Assembly (NCBI GenBank): GCA_035503715.1
Contig: DATJTE010000117.1
Coordinates: 4,832 to 68,831 of the forward strand
DNA length: 64,000 nt
Origin: Rhizobiaceae bacterium
GTDB lineage: Bacteria > Pseudomonadota > Alphaproteobacteria > Rhizobiales > Rhizobiaceae
Direction of reading: 5' to 3'
Shown here piece after piece: positions 34,725 to 44,569 of this stretch. The notes beneath the pieces were generated by a model, which saw nothing but the letters and a program-made list of their open reading frames with translations, searched no databases and was not told the DNA's origin. Both the position numbers and the translations under genes were made by a program. Numbering within the stretch: the stretch's first letter is position 1; each line of letters opens with the position of its first letter.

Positions 34725-35694
34725 GTACCTACTTCTCGCCCTTCTCACGCTTCTGGCCGAACTGCTTGTCGGTTATCCGCAGCGTCTGGTCGGCACGATC
34801 GGCCATCCGGTGATCTGGATCGGCAGCCTCATAGGCTACCTCGACCGCACGCTCAACCGCGCAACATGGAGCGACAAGCGAAGACGCATCATGGGCGTCG
34901 TCGCGCTCGTCATTATAGTCGTCGCGCCGGTGGCCGTAGCATCCGCGCTGGTCTGGGCTTTTGGTATGTTGCCGCTGGGCGTCGTGCTCATCGCATTGGT
35001 CGGCAGCAGCATTATTGCCCAGCGGAGCCTCGCAACCCATGTAATCGCCGTAGCGGAAGCGCTGGAAAAACAAGGGCTTGAGGGCGGGCGAAAGGCTGTG
35101 TCGATGATCGTCGGCCGCGACCCTAAACGGCTCGACGAAGCCGGTGTCTCGCGGGCGGCGATCGAAAGCCTCGCAGAAAACTTCTCCGATGGCGTTGTTG
35201 CCCCTGCGTTCTGGCTGACCGTGGGCGGCTTGCCGGCCGCGGCCGCGTACAAGGCCGTGAACACCGCTGACAGCATGATCGGGCACAAGAACGAACATCA
35301 CCGCGCCTTCGGCTGGGCCTCGGCGCGTTTTGACGATCTGATCAATCTCCCGGCTTCCCGCCTTTCCGCGCTGCTGATCATAATTGCCGCGCTGATCGTA
35401 CCGGGCGCAAGCGCCGGCAACGCCTGGCGCGCGGTATGGCGCGATGCGCGTCACCACCGCTCGCCCAATGCCGGCTGGCCGGAGGCGGCAATGGCCGGTG
35501 CGCTCGGCATTTCGATCGCCGGCGCGCGTTATTATGGCGGCGTGCTCGCGGAAGATTCGGAAATGGGCAAAGGCGGCCGGCGGGATCTGACGGCGGGCGA
35601 TATCCGCGCCGCGCTGAAGCTCTACTGGGCAGCCGACATTCTGATGATCACGTTCATCGGCGCCTTGGCTGCGCTTGTTATTGTGCTTGGCTGA
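34723..35694 (+). CDS. cbiB: Adenosylcobinamide-phosphate synthase CbiB (CobD in P. denitrificans naming)
   Basis: [17 protein letters not shown]...[46 protein letters not shown]. Confidence 0.9.
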   Translation: MYLLLALLTLLAELLVGYPQRLVGTIGHPVIWIGSLIGYLDRTLNRATWSDKRRRIMGVVALVIIVVAPVAVASALVWAFGMLPLGVVLIALVGSSIIAQRSLATHVIAVAEALEKQGLEGGRKAVSMIVGRDPKRLDEAGVSRAAIESLAENFSDGVVAPAFWLTVGGLPAAAAYKAVNTADSMIGHKNEHHRAFGWASARFDDLINLPASRLSALLIIIAALIVPGASAGNAWRAVWRDARHHRSPNAGWPEAAMAGALGISIAGARYYGGVLAEDSEMGKGGRRDLTAGDIRAALKLYWAADILMITFIGALAALVIVLG

Positions 35695-37153
35695 GCAGCA
35701 GATCAAGATCGAGATGCTTTTCGCAATGCGCGGCGAGCGCGTCGAGCGTTTCGTCGACTGAGGATTCGTAGTTCAGCGCCGAAGCCTGCCCGCCCAGTTT
35801 TGTTAGCCAGGCAGAGCGTTGCCGGTCGTCGGCAAACAGGCCGTGGATGTATGTCCCGGCGACGAGCCCATCGGCGGAGGCCGCGCCATCTTTTGCGCCA
35901 CCGGCGAAGGTCGCGAATGGTCGTTCGCAATCGCCGCCAATTGTCTCGCCAAGATGAATCTCATAGCCGACGAAAGGCTGATCGTCAGCCGTCTTACCGG
36001 TCACCGAAACAAGCCGCTTGTCATTGGTGAGCCGTGTCTCGACATCGAGCAAACCGAGCCCCGTCACGGTCGCTGGTGGGCCTTCGATGCCCTCTGGATC
36101 GCTCAGCGTTTTGCCGAGCATCTGATAGCCGCCGCAGAGGCCAAGCACGCGCCCTCCCCGCCTGACATGCGCGGCAATGTCGATACCAAAGCCGGCTGAC
36201 TTCAGTACGTTCAGATCGGCGATCGTGGATTTCGAGCCGAGCAGCAGGACAAGGTCCGCGTCACCAGGCAGCGCCTTGCCGGGCCACACGCGAACGATCT
36301 CGACATCCGGCTCAGCATCGAGCGGGTCCAGGTCGTCGAAATTCGAAACGTGCGGCAGGATCGGCACGGCGATCTTGATCTTGACCCCAATCTTCCGTGA
36401 TGCCGATTTTCCGTCGCTCAACCCCAGCGCATCTTCCGCCGGCAGCTTTCGTGCGTCGGCGAAGAACGGCAACAGGCCGACTGCGGACCAACCAGTCAGT
36501 GCGGCAAGCTTCTCCATACCGCTTGCAAACAATGCAGGGTCACCACGAAACTTGTTGACGATGAACCCGCGGATCATCGCGGCGTCCTCCGTATCCAGCA
36601 CTGCCTTCGTGCCTGCGATCGAGGCAATGACGCCGCCACGGTCGATATCGCCAACGAGGATAACAGGCACGCTCGCCGCGCGGGCAAAGCCCATATTGGC
36701 AATATCGTTCTGCCGAAGGTTGATCTCCGATGCGCTGCCGGCACCCTCGACAAGCACAAGGTCCGCTTCCGCCTGAAGCCGCCCAAAACTGTCAACCACG
36801 GCAGGCATCAGGGTCGGTTTGATCGACTGGTACTCTGCGGCTTTGGCCGCCCCCCTCACCTTCCCCTGCACGACAATCTGCGCGCCGGTTTCGGACTGCG
36901 GCTTCAACAGCACCGGGTTCATATGCACGGTCGGCTCGACGCGCGCGGCACGCGCCTGGAGCGCCTGGGCGCGTCCGATCTCGCCGCCATCGACGGTGAC
37001 GGCCGCATTGTTCGACATGTTCTGCGGCTTGAAGGGCCGCACCGTCAGGCCGCGATTGGCAAAAGCACGGCAGAGCCCGGCGACGACCAGCGATTTGCCG
37101 ACGTCCGAGCCGGTGCCTTGAAACATCAGCGCTTTGGCCGGCCCTTTGGCCAT
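35678..37153 (-). CDS. cobQ: Cobyric acid synthase
   Basis: [23 protein letters not shown]-terminal GATase domain [10 protein letters not shown]. Confidence 0.9.
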   Translation of the reverse strand: MAKGPAKALMFQGTGSDVGKSLVVAGLCRAFANRGLTVRPFKPQNMSNNAAVTVDGGEIGRAQALQARAARVEPTVHMNPVLLKPQSETGAQIVVQGKVRGAAKAAEYQSIKPTLMPAVVDSFGRLQAEADLVLVEGAGSASEINLRQNDIANMGFARAASVPVILVGDIDRGGVIASIAGTKAVLDTEDAAMIRGFIVNKFRGDPALFASGMEKLAALTGWSAVGLLPFFADARKLPAEDALGLSDGKSASRKIGVKIKIAVPILPHVSNFDDLDPLDAEPDVEIVRVWPGKALPGDADLVLLLGSKSTIADLNVLKSAGFGIDIAAHVRRGGRVLGLCGGYQMLGKTLSDPEGIEGPPATVTGLGLLDVETRLTNDKRLVSVTGKTADDQPFVGYEIHLGETIGGDCERPFATFAGGAKDGAASADGLVAGTYIHGLFADDRQRSAWLTKLGGQASALNYESSVDETLDALAAHCEKHLDLDLLLSQAQ

Positions 37154-37155
37154 CG

Positions 37156-37758
37156 CTAGAACTCGATGCCCTTCTGTGCCTTCACGCCGGCGGCAAAATG
37201 GTGCTTCACAAGCGTCATCTCGGTAACGAGGTCGGCTGCATCGAGCAGCGGTTGCTTGGCGTTGCGCCCGGTGACGATGACATGCAGATCATCGCGCCGC
37301 GCCTTGAGCGCCGACACCACCACATCGAGGTCCAGATAGTCGTAGCGCAGCGCGATGTTGAGCTCATCGAGCACGATCAGGCTGAGCGACGGGTCGGCGA
37401 GCAATTCCTCCGCCTTCGCCCAGGCGCGCTTCGCGGCCGCCACGTCGCGATCGCGGTCCTGCGTCTCCCAGGTGAAGCCCTCGCCCATCGTGTGCCAGAC
37501 GACTTGATCGCCGAACTTTGCGAGCGCGTCCTTCTCGCCGGTGTGCCAAGCACCTTTGATGAACTGCACGACACCGATCCGCTTGCCATAACCAAGCATG
37601 CGCAACGCGAGGCCGAAAGCGGCGGTTGATTTGCCCTTCCCCGGTCCCGTGTTGACGATCAGCAGGCCTTTTTCCTCGATTGTCTTCGAGGCGACCTCGG
37701 CATCCTGCACCGCCTTGCGCTTTGCCATCTTGGCCTTGTGGCGGTCGGCGTCGCTCAT
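37156..37758 (-). CDS. cobO: Cob(I)yrinic acid a,c-diamide adenosyltransferase
   Basis: [28 protein letters not shown]. Confidence 0.9.
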   Translation of the reverse strand: MSDADRHKAKMAKRKAVQDAEVASKTIEEKGLLIVNTGPGKGKSTAAFGLALRMLGYGKRIGVVQFIKGAWHTGEKDALAKFGDQVVWHTMGEGFTWETQDRDRDVAAAKRAWAKAEELLADPSLSLIVLDELNIALRYDYLDLDVVVSALKARRDDLHVIVTGRNAKQPLLDAADLVTEMTLVKHHFAAGVKAQKGIEF

Positions 37759-38270
37759 TTCACCTGCACCGGCAGCCCGGCGACAATCAAAAGCACGCGA
37801 TCGGCCTCCGCCGCCACGCGCTGGTTCAGCCGCCCGGCCGCGTCACGGAAACGCCGCGCCAGTGCGTTCTCCGGCACGATGCCCAACCCGACTTCGTTGG
37901 CGACGACGAACCATGGACCTTTCGGCCTGGCGAGCGCCTTTTCCAGTGCCGAGCACTCTGCTTCGAGGTCGTGTTCGGCCAGCATGTGGTTGGTGAGCCA
38001 CAAGGTCAGGCAGTCGACTAGCACCGGCTGGCCTTTTGGCGCGTCATTCAGCGCGCCGACGAGATCGAGCGGCGCGTCCACCGTTTCCCAGCTATTGCTG
38101 CGCCGTTTTTGATGATGCGCGATACGATCGCGCATCTCGTCATCGAGCGCCTGCGCCGTGGCGATGTACCGCCAGGGCGCGGGAAAACCCGACGTCAGTT
38201 TCTCGGCATAGGCGCTCTTGCCGGATCGGGCGCCGCCGAGGAGGAACGTCAGGTGTTTGCGCTCACGCAA
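37755..38270 (-). CDS. cobU: Bifunctional adenosylcobinamide kinase / adenosylcobinamide-phosphate guanylyltransferase
   Basis: LTFLLGGARSGKSAYAE P-loop, YIATAQALDDEMRDRIAHHQ. No ATG available; inferred TTG start at 38270 overlaps the cbtA stop by 8 nt. Confidence 0.8.
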   Translation of the reverse strand: MRERKHLTFLLGGARSGKSAYAEKLTSGFPAPWRYIATAQALDDEMRDRIAHHQKRRSNSWETVDAPLDLVGALNDAPKGQPVLVDCLTLWLTNHMLAEHDLEAECSALEKALARPKGPWFVVANEVGLGIVPENALARRFRDAAGRLNQRVAAEADRVLLIVAGLPVQVK

Positions 38271-39018
38271 GGCTGCCCTGCGGGCTGGCAAGCCCGGCAC
38301 CGACACGACTACGGAAGAAGCCGACCGCGGCGCCGAGAACGACCCAGAACACGAGGTTCGTGACGGTGACGGCCACCACAAAGCTGTGGTGCAGATCGTC
38401 CGGAACCGGCGAGTCATGGCTCTCAGGCTGTGGCGCGCCGATGACGTGCGGCACGACGATCAGTGCGACGCCGAGCAGCGCCAGCGGCATCGACGCACGG
38501 AATGCGATCAGCCAGAGGCCGGCCGCTGTCGCGATGACCGTGCCAATCCACCAGACCTGGCGATCACCAAGGTCCGCAGCGGGCATCGCCGGGAGCTCAG
38601 GCGGAAGGCCAAGGCCCGGCGCAAGGGTGAATACGGCAAAGCCGGCAAAGCCCCAGAACAGACCCTGACGCCAGTTGGCAATGCCACCGGCAAGTTCGGA
38701 GACGGCGACGAGCACGAGGCCGAACCCAATGCCGGTCACGATATTGGCAAGCGAGGTGTAGAAGAAGCGCTCGAAGCCATCGGCCGGCGCCCAGCCCTCT
38801 TCGTCATGCGAATGCGCGGGCGTGCCGGCGTCGTGGCTATGGTCTTCGGCGGGCGCAGCTTCCGCCGGCGCCGTGGCTTCGCCGCCGCCTGCGTTCTCGA
38901 AGGTCTCGGCCTGAAGGATCAGCGGCACGGTAGTGTAAGCCTGTAGTGCTGCCATGACGATGCCCGCGACAAGCCCCGCGAGCGCCGCGACGAACACGAC
39001 GTTTCTAAAGACGGTCAT
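38263..39018 (-). CDS. cbtA: Cobalt transporter subunit CbtA
   Basis: MTVFRNVVFVAALAGLVAGIVMAALQ..., His-rich loop AEDHSHDAGTPAHSHDEEGW, multiple TM segments. Follows cbtB behind a B12 riboswitch. Confidence 0.75.
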   Translation of the reverse strand: MTVFRNVVFVAALAGLVAGIVMAALQAYTTVPLILQAETFENAGGGEATAPAEAAPAEDHSHDAGTPAHSHDEEGWAPADGFERFFYTSLANIVTGIGFGLVLVAVSELAGGIANWRQGLFWGFAGFAVFTLAPGLGLPPELPAMPAADLGDRQVWWIGTVIATAAGLWLIAFRASMPLALLGVALIVVPHVIGAPQPESHDSPVPDDLHHSFVVAVTVTNLVFWVVLGAAVGFFRSRVGAGLASPQGSLA

Positions 39019-39034
39019 TTCGAAAAATCCTCGC

Positions 39035-39214
39035 TTAGTGGCAGGGAAATGCCATGGAGTGGCGGTAGTCGTGACCGGCATTGTGCGCGGCTTCCACATG
39101 CGAGAAGCCGACAAAGCCGATGACGAAAACGCCGAGCAGTGCAGCACTTGCGAGCTGCACGAGGCGCGACTGCGAGGATGTCGCCGCGCTGACTGTTTTG
39201 GTCGTCGTGTTCAT
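39035..39214 (-). CDS. cbtB: Cobalt transporter subunit CbtB
   Basis: About 59 aa with one TM and C-terminal HVEAAHNAGHDYRHSMAFPCH (CbtB His/Cys signature). Confidence 0.75.
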   Translation of the reverse strand: MNTTTKTVSAATSSQSRLVQLASAALLGVFVIGFVGFSHVEAAHNAGHDYRHSMAFPCH

Positions 39215-39249
39215 TGTCCCATCCTTGCCCTCCACCCGAGGGCCTCAAG

Positions 39250-39435
39250 AGTCAGTTCCAGTCGCCGGCAGGTCTCCTGGCTCGCGGCTTCCGCGCTTTG
39301 TCCGCCTTCCCGGGCGCACCCAGTGGCTCTTGGACAAAACTCGCCGCTCACAGTTGCGGGGGCAGCTCCGGTTTCAGGCACGCCTTCACCGGATTCCCTC
39401 TTCGTTCCCTCGCGGGAACCGACGACTCCCGTTTC
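39250..39435 (-). promoter_or_regulatory. Cobalamin (B12) riboswitch controlling cbtB-cbtA-cobU-cobO-cobQ
   Basis: Minus strand contains GAAGAGGGAATCCGGTG, GCTGCCCCCGCAACTGTG, GCCACTGGG, CCGGGAAGGC and the B12 box AGCCAGGAGACCTGCC (39282-39267). Boundaries are approximate. Confidence 0.85.
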
Positions 39436-39504
39436 ATAACGCTTTTCGCCGCCTCGGCAAATCGAAATTGCGACGAATTGACAGCGCGGGAGCGTCACGC
39501 CTAC

Positions 39505-39700
39505 AACCCGCAACGACGGTCCCCTCTCCGCAACGGGAGGGGCGAAGAGGGAATGCGGTGCGGGGAAACCCCTAGTCCGCAGCTGTCCCCGCAACTGTAA
39601 GCGAGGAGCCTCGCGCCGATTGCCACTGGGTGAAACCCCGGGAAGGCGGCTGGAGAGGCGGCGATCCGCGAAGCCAGGAGACCTGCCGTCGCATGAAGAT
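39505..39700 (+). promoter_or_regulatory. Cobalamin (B12) riboswitch controlling DUF1636-cobW-cobN-cobGHIJ
   Basis: GAAGAGGGAATGCGGTG, GCTGTCCCCGCAACTGTAA, GCCACTGGG, CCGGGAAGGC and the B12 box AAGCCAGGAGACCTGCC (39671-39687). TTGACA at 39478 with CTACAA 17 nt downstream is a possible promoter. Boundaries are approximate. Confidence 0.85.
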
Positions 39701-39739
39701 CCGAAACGCCTGGCGGGTGACCCGGGCAAGGAGCGACGC

Positions 39740-40168
39740 GTGAGCCTGACGGCCGATAATCCTGAACTAGTCGCGCGGCCCGGCGCCGCTCTCGACGTCG
39801 AGGGTGTGACGATCATCGTCTGCCGCACCTGCCGTGACGAAACAGGTTCGGATGCGCATCCGCGCGCTGGCGCTCTGCTGGCCGAAGACACGCGAGCCGC
39901 CGCGGCAGAAGCGAACATCCCCGTCCAAACCGTCGAGTGTCTCGGTAACTGCAAACGCCGGCTGTCCGCCGCGATCGTCAAGCCGGGCGCCTGGAGCTAC
40001 GTCTTCGGCGATCTCAGCGTTTCCAGTGGGCGCGATCTCGTCGAGGGCGCGCGCCTGTTCACCACCTCGACTGACGGCCTGCTGCCCTGGCGCGGTCGCC
40101 CGGACTCATTGAAACGCGGGCTTGTCTCCCGCATCCCTCCCCTCGCCTTCCCAAGGACAACATCATGA
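39740..40168 (+). CDS. DUF1636-type thioredoxin-like metal-binding protein
   Basis: GTG 39740 with AAGGAG 6 nt upstream. CRTC...ECLGNC four-Cys pattern. First gene after the riboswitch; ATGA-type overlap with cobW. Confidence 0.65.
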   Translation: MSLTADNPELVARPGAALDVEGVTIIVCRTCRDETGSDAHPRAGALLAEDTRAAAAEANIPVQTVECLGNCKRRLSAAIVKPGAWSYVFGDLSVSSGRDLVEGARLFTTSTDGLLPWRGRPDSLKRGLVSRIPPLAFPRTTS

Positions 40169-41202
40169 GCGCATCCACCCAACGCGTACCCTGCACGGTC
40201 GTCACCGGTTTTCTCGGCGCCGGCAAAACGACGCTGATCCGCCATATCCTTGAGAATGCCAACGGCCGCCGTCTAGGCCTGATCGTCAACGAATTCGGCG
40301 ATGTCGGCGTCGATGGCGAAATCCTGAAGGGCTGCGGCATCGACGCTTGCCCGGAGGAGAACATCGTCGAACTGGCCAACGGCTGCATCTGCTGCACGGT
40401 GGCGGATGATTTCGTGCCGGCGCTCGACCAGATCTTGTCGCGTGAACCGAAGGTTGAGCACATCCTGATTGAAACGTCTGGTCTCGCGCTGCCAAAACCG
40501 CTTGTGCAGGCTTTCCAGTGGCCGGCCATCAAGGGCCGCGTGACGGTCGACAGCGTCGTCGCGGTCGTGGACGGCGCGGCTCTTGCCGAGGGTCAGGTCG
40601 CCTCCGACATGGATGCGCTTGCCGAACAGCGGAAAGCCGATGACTCGCTCGATCATGACGATCCGGTCGAGGAGGTGTTTGAGGATCAGGTCGCCTGCGC
40701 GGACCTGATTATCCTCTCGAAGAGCGACCTGCTCGACAAGGATGGCGCAGCGCGCGCCAACGCAGCCGTCGGCGAGCATCTCGCGCGCGCGGTGAAGATC
40801 GTGCCAACGTCGAACGGCAAGGTCGATCCGTCGGTGCTGCTTGGGCTCGGGCTAGCGGTTGAGGACGACATCGAGAACCGCAAGACGCATCACGACGACG
40901 AGCTCGATCACGAGCATGACGATTTCGACAGCTTTGTCATGGAGATTCCGGCGATCGGCAATCCTGACGAGCTTGCGAAGCGCGTGTCGCAGGCTGCCGA
41001 TGCGGAGGGTGTGCTGCGCGTAAAGGGCTTCGTCGAGGTCGCCGGCAAGCCCATGCGCCTTTTGGTGCAGGCGGTCGGGCCGCGCGTGAACCACTATTTC
41101 GACCGTGCGTGGACAGCCGGTGAGGATCGCCGCAGCCGGCTGGTCGTGATCGGGCTGAAAGGTCTCGACCGCGGCGCGATAGAGACTATTCTGGCGGGCT
41201 GA
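40165..41202 (+). CDS. cobW: Cobalamin biosynthesis GTPase CobW
   Basis: VTGFLGAGKTTLIRHIL P-loop, GCICCTV metal motif, His/Asp-rich stretch HHDDELDHEHDD. Confidence 0.9.
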   Translation: MSASTQRVPCTVVTGFLGAGKTTLIRHILENANGRRLGLIVNEFGDVGVDGEILKGCGIDACPEENIVELANGCICCTVADDFVPALDQILSREPKVEHILIETSGLALPKPLVQAFQWPAIKGRVTVDSVVAVVDGAALAEGQVASDMDALAEQRKADDSLDHDDPVEEVFEDQVACADLIILSKSDLLDKDGAARANAAVGEHLARAVKIVPTSNGKVDPSVLLGLGLAVEDDIENRKTHHDDELDHEHDDFDSFVMEIPAIGNPDELAKRVSQAADAEGVLRVKGFVEVAGKPMRLLVQAVGPRVNHYFDRAWTAGEDRRSRLVVIGLKGLDRGAIETILAG

Positions 41203-41224
41203 CAGCAACAGCGCGGAACGCGCG

Positions 41225-44200
41225 ATGCACATACTCGCCACATCCTCCGCTTCCCTCGACGATCTCGTCGAGCCGGTGGATCTTGCCCAATCGCCGGCGG
41301 ATGTTGTGGCGCTCTCCTTCACCGACAGCGATCTGGCGGCACTGGCCGCAGCTTGGAAGGCCGATGATGGCCTGCCGGCCATGCGGCTCGCGCCGCTGAA
41401 GGAGCTTCGGCATCCGATGTCGGTCGATCTCTGGGTCGATCGTGTGGCCCGCCATGCCAAGGTCATCCTGGTGCGTATGCTGGGCGGCTACGATTGGTGG
41501 CGCTACGGTTGTGACCAGCTTGCAGCGGTCGCCCGCGAGCGCGGCATCAAGCTGGCGCTGCTGCCCGGCGAGGACCGCGCGCATGATGAGCGGCTCATTG
41601 CTGCTTCGACCTTGCCTGACGACGAACTCCGCACGCTGCTCGCTTATTTCCGCGAGGGCGGACCGGACAATATGCGCGCGCTGGTGCGTCGCCTGGCCAG
41701 GCTTGCCGGAGTGGCGGTCGAAGCCGCCGAACCGAAACCGCTCGACAAGACAGGGTTCTACCTTCCCGGACGCGGTGTGGTTTCACTCGACGAGATCCAT
41801 GTGGCTGTTAGCGGCAAACCGGTTGCGCCGATCATCTTCTATCGCTCGATGCTGCTTGCTGCCGACGTCGCGCCGATCGATGCGCTTTGTGCTGCCCTCG
41901 CCAAACGCGGGATCGCCGCAGCACCGATCTTCGTGTCGAGCATCAAGGATACGTCCGTCGCATCCTTCGTCGAGGATGCGGCGAAGCGACTATCCCCGTC
42001 CGTCATGGTGACCGCGACCGCCTTCTCGGCGGGTATCGACGGTGATAGCGGCTCGCTCTTCGACCACATTGGCGTACCGGTGTTTCAGTTGATCACGGCG
42101 ACGACGCGACGCGAGGCATGGGCGACCAACCAGCGCGGGCTGGCGCCTGCTGATCTCGCCATGCATGTCGTCATGCCGGAGCTGGACGGACGCATTCTCG
42201 CGGGCGCGATCTCCTTCAAGGACGAGGCCGAAACCGATCCCGTCTTCGGCTATCGCGGCATGCACAACCGGCCCGAGCCGGATCGCGTCGACGCCGCTGC
42301 CGATCGCATCGCGGCAATGATCCGCCTGCAGCAAACGCCGGCCGCCGAGCGCAAGATCGCGATCCTCATTCCGCACTATCCGAGTGCACCCGGCCGCACT
42401 GGCTACGCCGTCGGGCTGGATGTCCCGGCCAGCGTGATCGGGATGCTGAATGACTTTAAGTTGGCCAATTATCACATTGAAAAAATTCATGATAACGCCC
42501 GTGACATGATAGCTCGTCTCGAATCTGAAGACCTTCGAGTCAGAGGCGAAAGACCTCGACTCTCGCTTGAAGACTATCGGGCAATGAGTGCGGCGCTGAC
42601 CGAACCTGTGAGGCAAAAAGTCAAAGCTGCCTGGGGCGATGCCGACCAAGACTTCGAGTTCCAGGCGGTCGAATTCGGCAACGTCGTCGTGGCGCTCGCG
42701 CCGGATCGCGGGCGCTTTGAAAGCCGCCGCACCGACTACCACGATCCTTCGCTGCCACCCCGCCATGAACTCGTCGCCTTCGGCCTGTGGCTGCGGGAAA
42801 AATTCGGCTGCCACGCGATCGTTCATGTCGGCGCGCACGGCACGCTCGAATGGCTGCCGGGCAAGACCGTTGCACTGACCAGCGACTGCTTCCCCGAAGT
42901 GGTCACTGGCGCCCTGCCCGTGATATACCCGTTCATCGTTTCCAACCCCGGCGAAGCCGCGCAAGCGAAGCGCCGCATCGCCGCAGTGACGCTGGGCCAT
43001 CTGCCACCGCCGCTGACCGGCGCGGGACTGAGCGATGCGCAGCGTGACCTCGAGCGGCTGGTGGATGAGTACGCGCAGGCCGACGGTCTCGACCGCCGCC
43101 GGCGCGACCGCCTTGCCAGACTGATCATTGAGACAGCGGCGAAGACTGGGCTCGCCGTCGAGGCAGGCGTGAAGGCGGGCGACAACCCCGACGAGGCGCT
43201 GCTCAGGATCGACGCGTGGCTGTGCGACCTGAAGGATTTCGCCATCAAGGATGGCCTGCACGTCTATGGTCGCGCTGAGGCGGACGCCGATCCGATCCGC
43301 GTCGCGAGCGCCGCGGCCGAGCGACAGGCGCTGCTCGATGCCCTCGACGGGAAGCACATCCGCCCTGGCCCCTCCGGCGCGCCGGCGCGCGGCCGTACCG
43401 ATGTCCTGCCGACCGGCCGCAATCTCTTTGCCGCAGACCCGCGCACGATGCCGACGCCGACCGCCTTCGATCTCGGCAAGGCAGCGGCAGACGAGGTTCT
43501 GCGCCGTTACCTCCAAGACCATGGCGACTGGCCGCGTTCGCTGGTCATCGACCTCTGGGGCAGCGCCTCACTGCGCACCGGTGGCGAGGAAATCGCGCAG
43601 GGGCTGGCGCTGATGGGCTGCCGGCCGCAATGGGATTTCGCCACGGGCCGCGTCATCGGCATCGAGGTGCTGCCGCCTGCCATGATCAGCCGACCGCGCG
43701 TGGATGTTACCTGGCGCATCTCCGGTCTCTTCCGCGACATGTTTCCGACCCAGATCGCCCTGATGGACATGGCGGCTACGGCCGTCGCCAAGCTGTCGGA
43801 AAGCGAAGGAGAAAACCCGCTCGCTGCCGCACATCGCGAAACCGGCAGGATCCCGGCGCGGATCTTTGGCTCCGCGCCCGGCACGTATGGCTCCGGCAGC
43901 GAAGCCCTGCTGGCCTCCGGCCAGTGGCAGGATCGCGACGAACTCGGGCAGGCCTATCTCGACGCCACGTCGCACGCCTATGGCGGCGCCGAGGGCGAAG
44001 GGCGCGAGGAACCGGGTGGCTTTGCCGGTCGCGTTGTTGCGGCGGAACTGCTGATCCACAACGGCGACGACCCGGGCCGCGATATCCTCGAAGGATCGGC
44101 CGACGTTGCCTTCATCGGCGGGTTCTCGGCCGCGGTTGCTGCCCTTGGGGGTAAGGCCGACGTGATCGCGCTGGACACGACAGACCCGGCGAAGCCGAAA

Positions 44201-44569
44201 GCGCGCTCTGTCGTCGAGGCCGTCACCCGCGCCGTGCGGGCCCGCGCCACCAATCCGCGTTTTATCGCCGGGCAGTTGCGGCACGGTCCGCGCGGCGCAT
44301 CCGAGTTTGCGGAAACCGTCGACCGGCTGGTCGGCTTTGCCGAGACGACGGCGGCAATTCCCCAGAACCTGATCGAAGCCGTCTATGATGCTTATGTCGG
44401 CGATGAGAGCGTGCGCGCCTTTTTGCTCGACCAGAATCCAGCTGCGGCGCGTGTCATCGCCGAACGGTTTCTCTCCGCGCGTCGGCGGGGGCTCTGGCAT
44501 CCGCTGCGCAATTCGATCGACGACGATCTCGCGGCGCTGATCGCCGAGGCGCGGGGGATGGCGGCATGA
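41225..44569 (+). CDS. cobN: Cobaltochelatase large subunit CobN
   Basis: 1114 aa. LRHPMSVDLWV, HVGAHGTLEWLPGK, IYPFIVSNPGEAAQAKRR, DLWGSASLRTGGEEIAQ. Confidence 0.9.
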   Translation: MHILATSSASLDDLVEPVDLAQSPADVVALSFTDSDLAALAAAWKADDGLPAMRLAPLKELRHPMSVDLWVDRVARHAKVILVRMLGGYDWWRYGCDQLAAVARERGIKLALLPGEDRAHDERLIAASTLPDDELRTLLAYFREGGPDNMRALVRRLARLAGVAVEAAEPKPLDKTGFYLPGRGVVSLDEIHVAVSGKPVAPIIFYRSMLLAADVAPIDALCAALAKRGIAAAPIFVSSIKDTSVASFVEDAAKRLSPSVMVTATAFSAGIDGDSGSLFDHIGVPVFQLITATTRREAWATNQRGLAPADLAMHVVMPELDGRILAGAISFKDEAETDPVFGYRGMHNRPEPDRVDAAADRIAAMIRLQQTPAAERKIAILIPHYPSAPGRTGYAVGLDVPASVIGMLNDFKLANYHIEKIHDNARDMIARLESEDLRVRGERPRLSLEDYRAMSAALTEPVRQKVKAAWGDADQDFEFQAVEFGNVVVALAPDRGRFESRRTDYHDPSLPPRHELVAFGLWLREKFGCHAIVHVGAHGTLEWLPGKTVALTSDCFPEVVTGALPVIYPFIVSNPGEAAQAKRRIAAVTLGHLPPPLTGAGLSDAQRDLERLVDEYAQADGLDRRRRDRLARLIIETAAKTGLAVEAGVKAGDNPDEALLRIDAWLCDLKDFAIKDGLHVYGRAEADADPIRVASAAAERQALLDALDGKHIRPGPSGAPARGRTDVLPTGRNLFAADPRTMPTPTAFDLGKAAADEVLRRYLQDHGDWPRSLVIDLWGSASLRTGGEEIAQGLALMGCRPQWDFATGRVIGIEVLPPAMISRPRVDVTWRISGLFRDMFPTQIALMDMAATAVAKLSESEGENPLAAAHRETGRIPARIFGSAPGTYGSGSEALLASGQWQDRDELGQAYLDATSHAYGGAEGEGREEPGGFAGRVVAAELLIHNGDDPGRDILEGSADVAFIGGFSAAVAALGGKADVIALDTTDPAKPKARSVVEAVTRAVRARATNPRFIAGQLRHGPRGASEFAETVDRLVGFAETTAAIPQNLIEAVYDAYVGDESVRAFLLDQNPAAARVIAERFLSARRRGLWHPLRNSIDDDLAALIAEARGMAA

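Noticed and set aside
42440-42600. A conspicuously AT-richer patch inside cobN (...aatgactttaagttggccaattatcacattgaaaaaattcatgataacgcc...)
   Set aside because: The reading frame is uninterrupted. The encoded segment (LNDFKLANYHIEKIHDNARDMIARLESEDL...) falls where I remember CobN homologues having a variable linker. There are no flanking repeats or inverted repeats to suggest an insertion.
41225-44569. CobN is 1114 aa, shorter than the ~1250-1275 aa I remember for P. denitrificans CobN
   Set aside because: N-terminal, central (HGTLEWLPGK, YPFIV.NPGE..QAKRR) and C-terminal conserved blocks are all present and in frame. I cannot align without tools, so I cannot claim a deletion.
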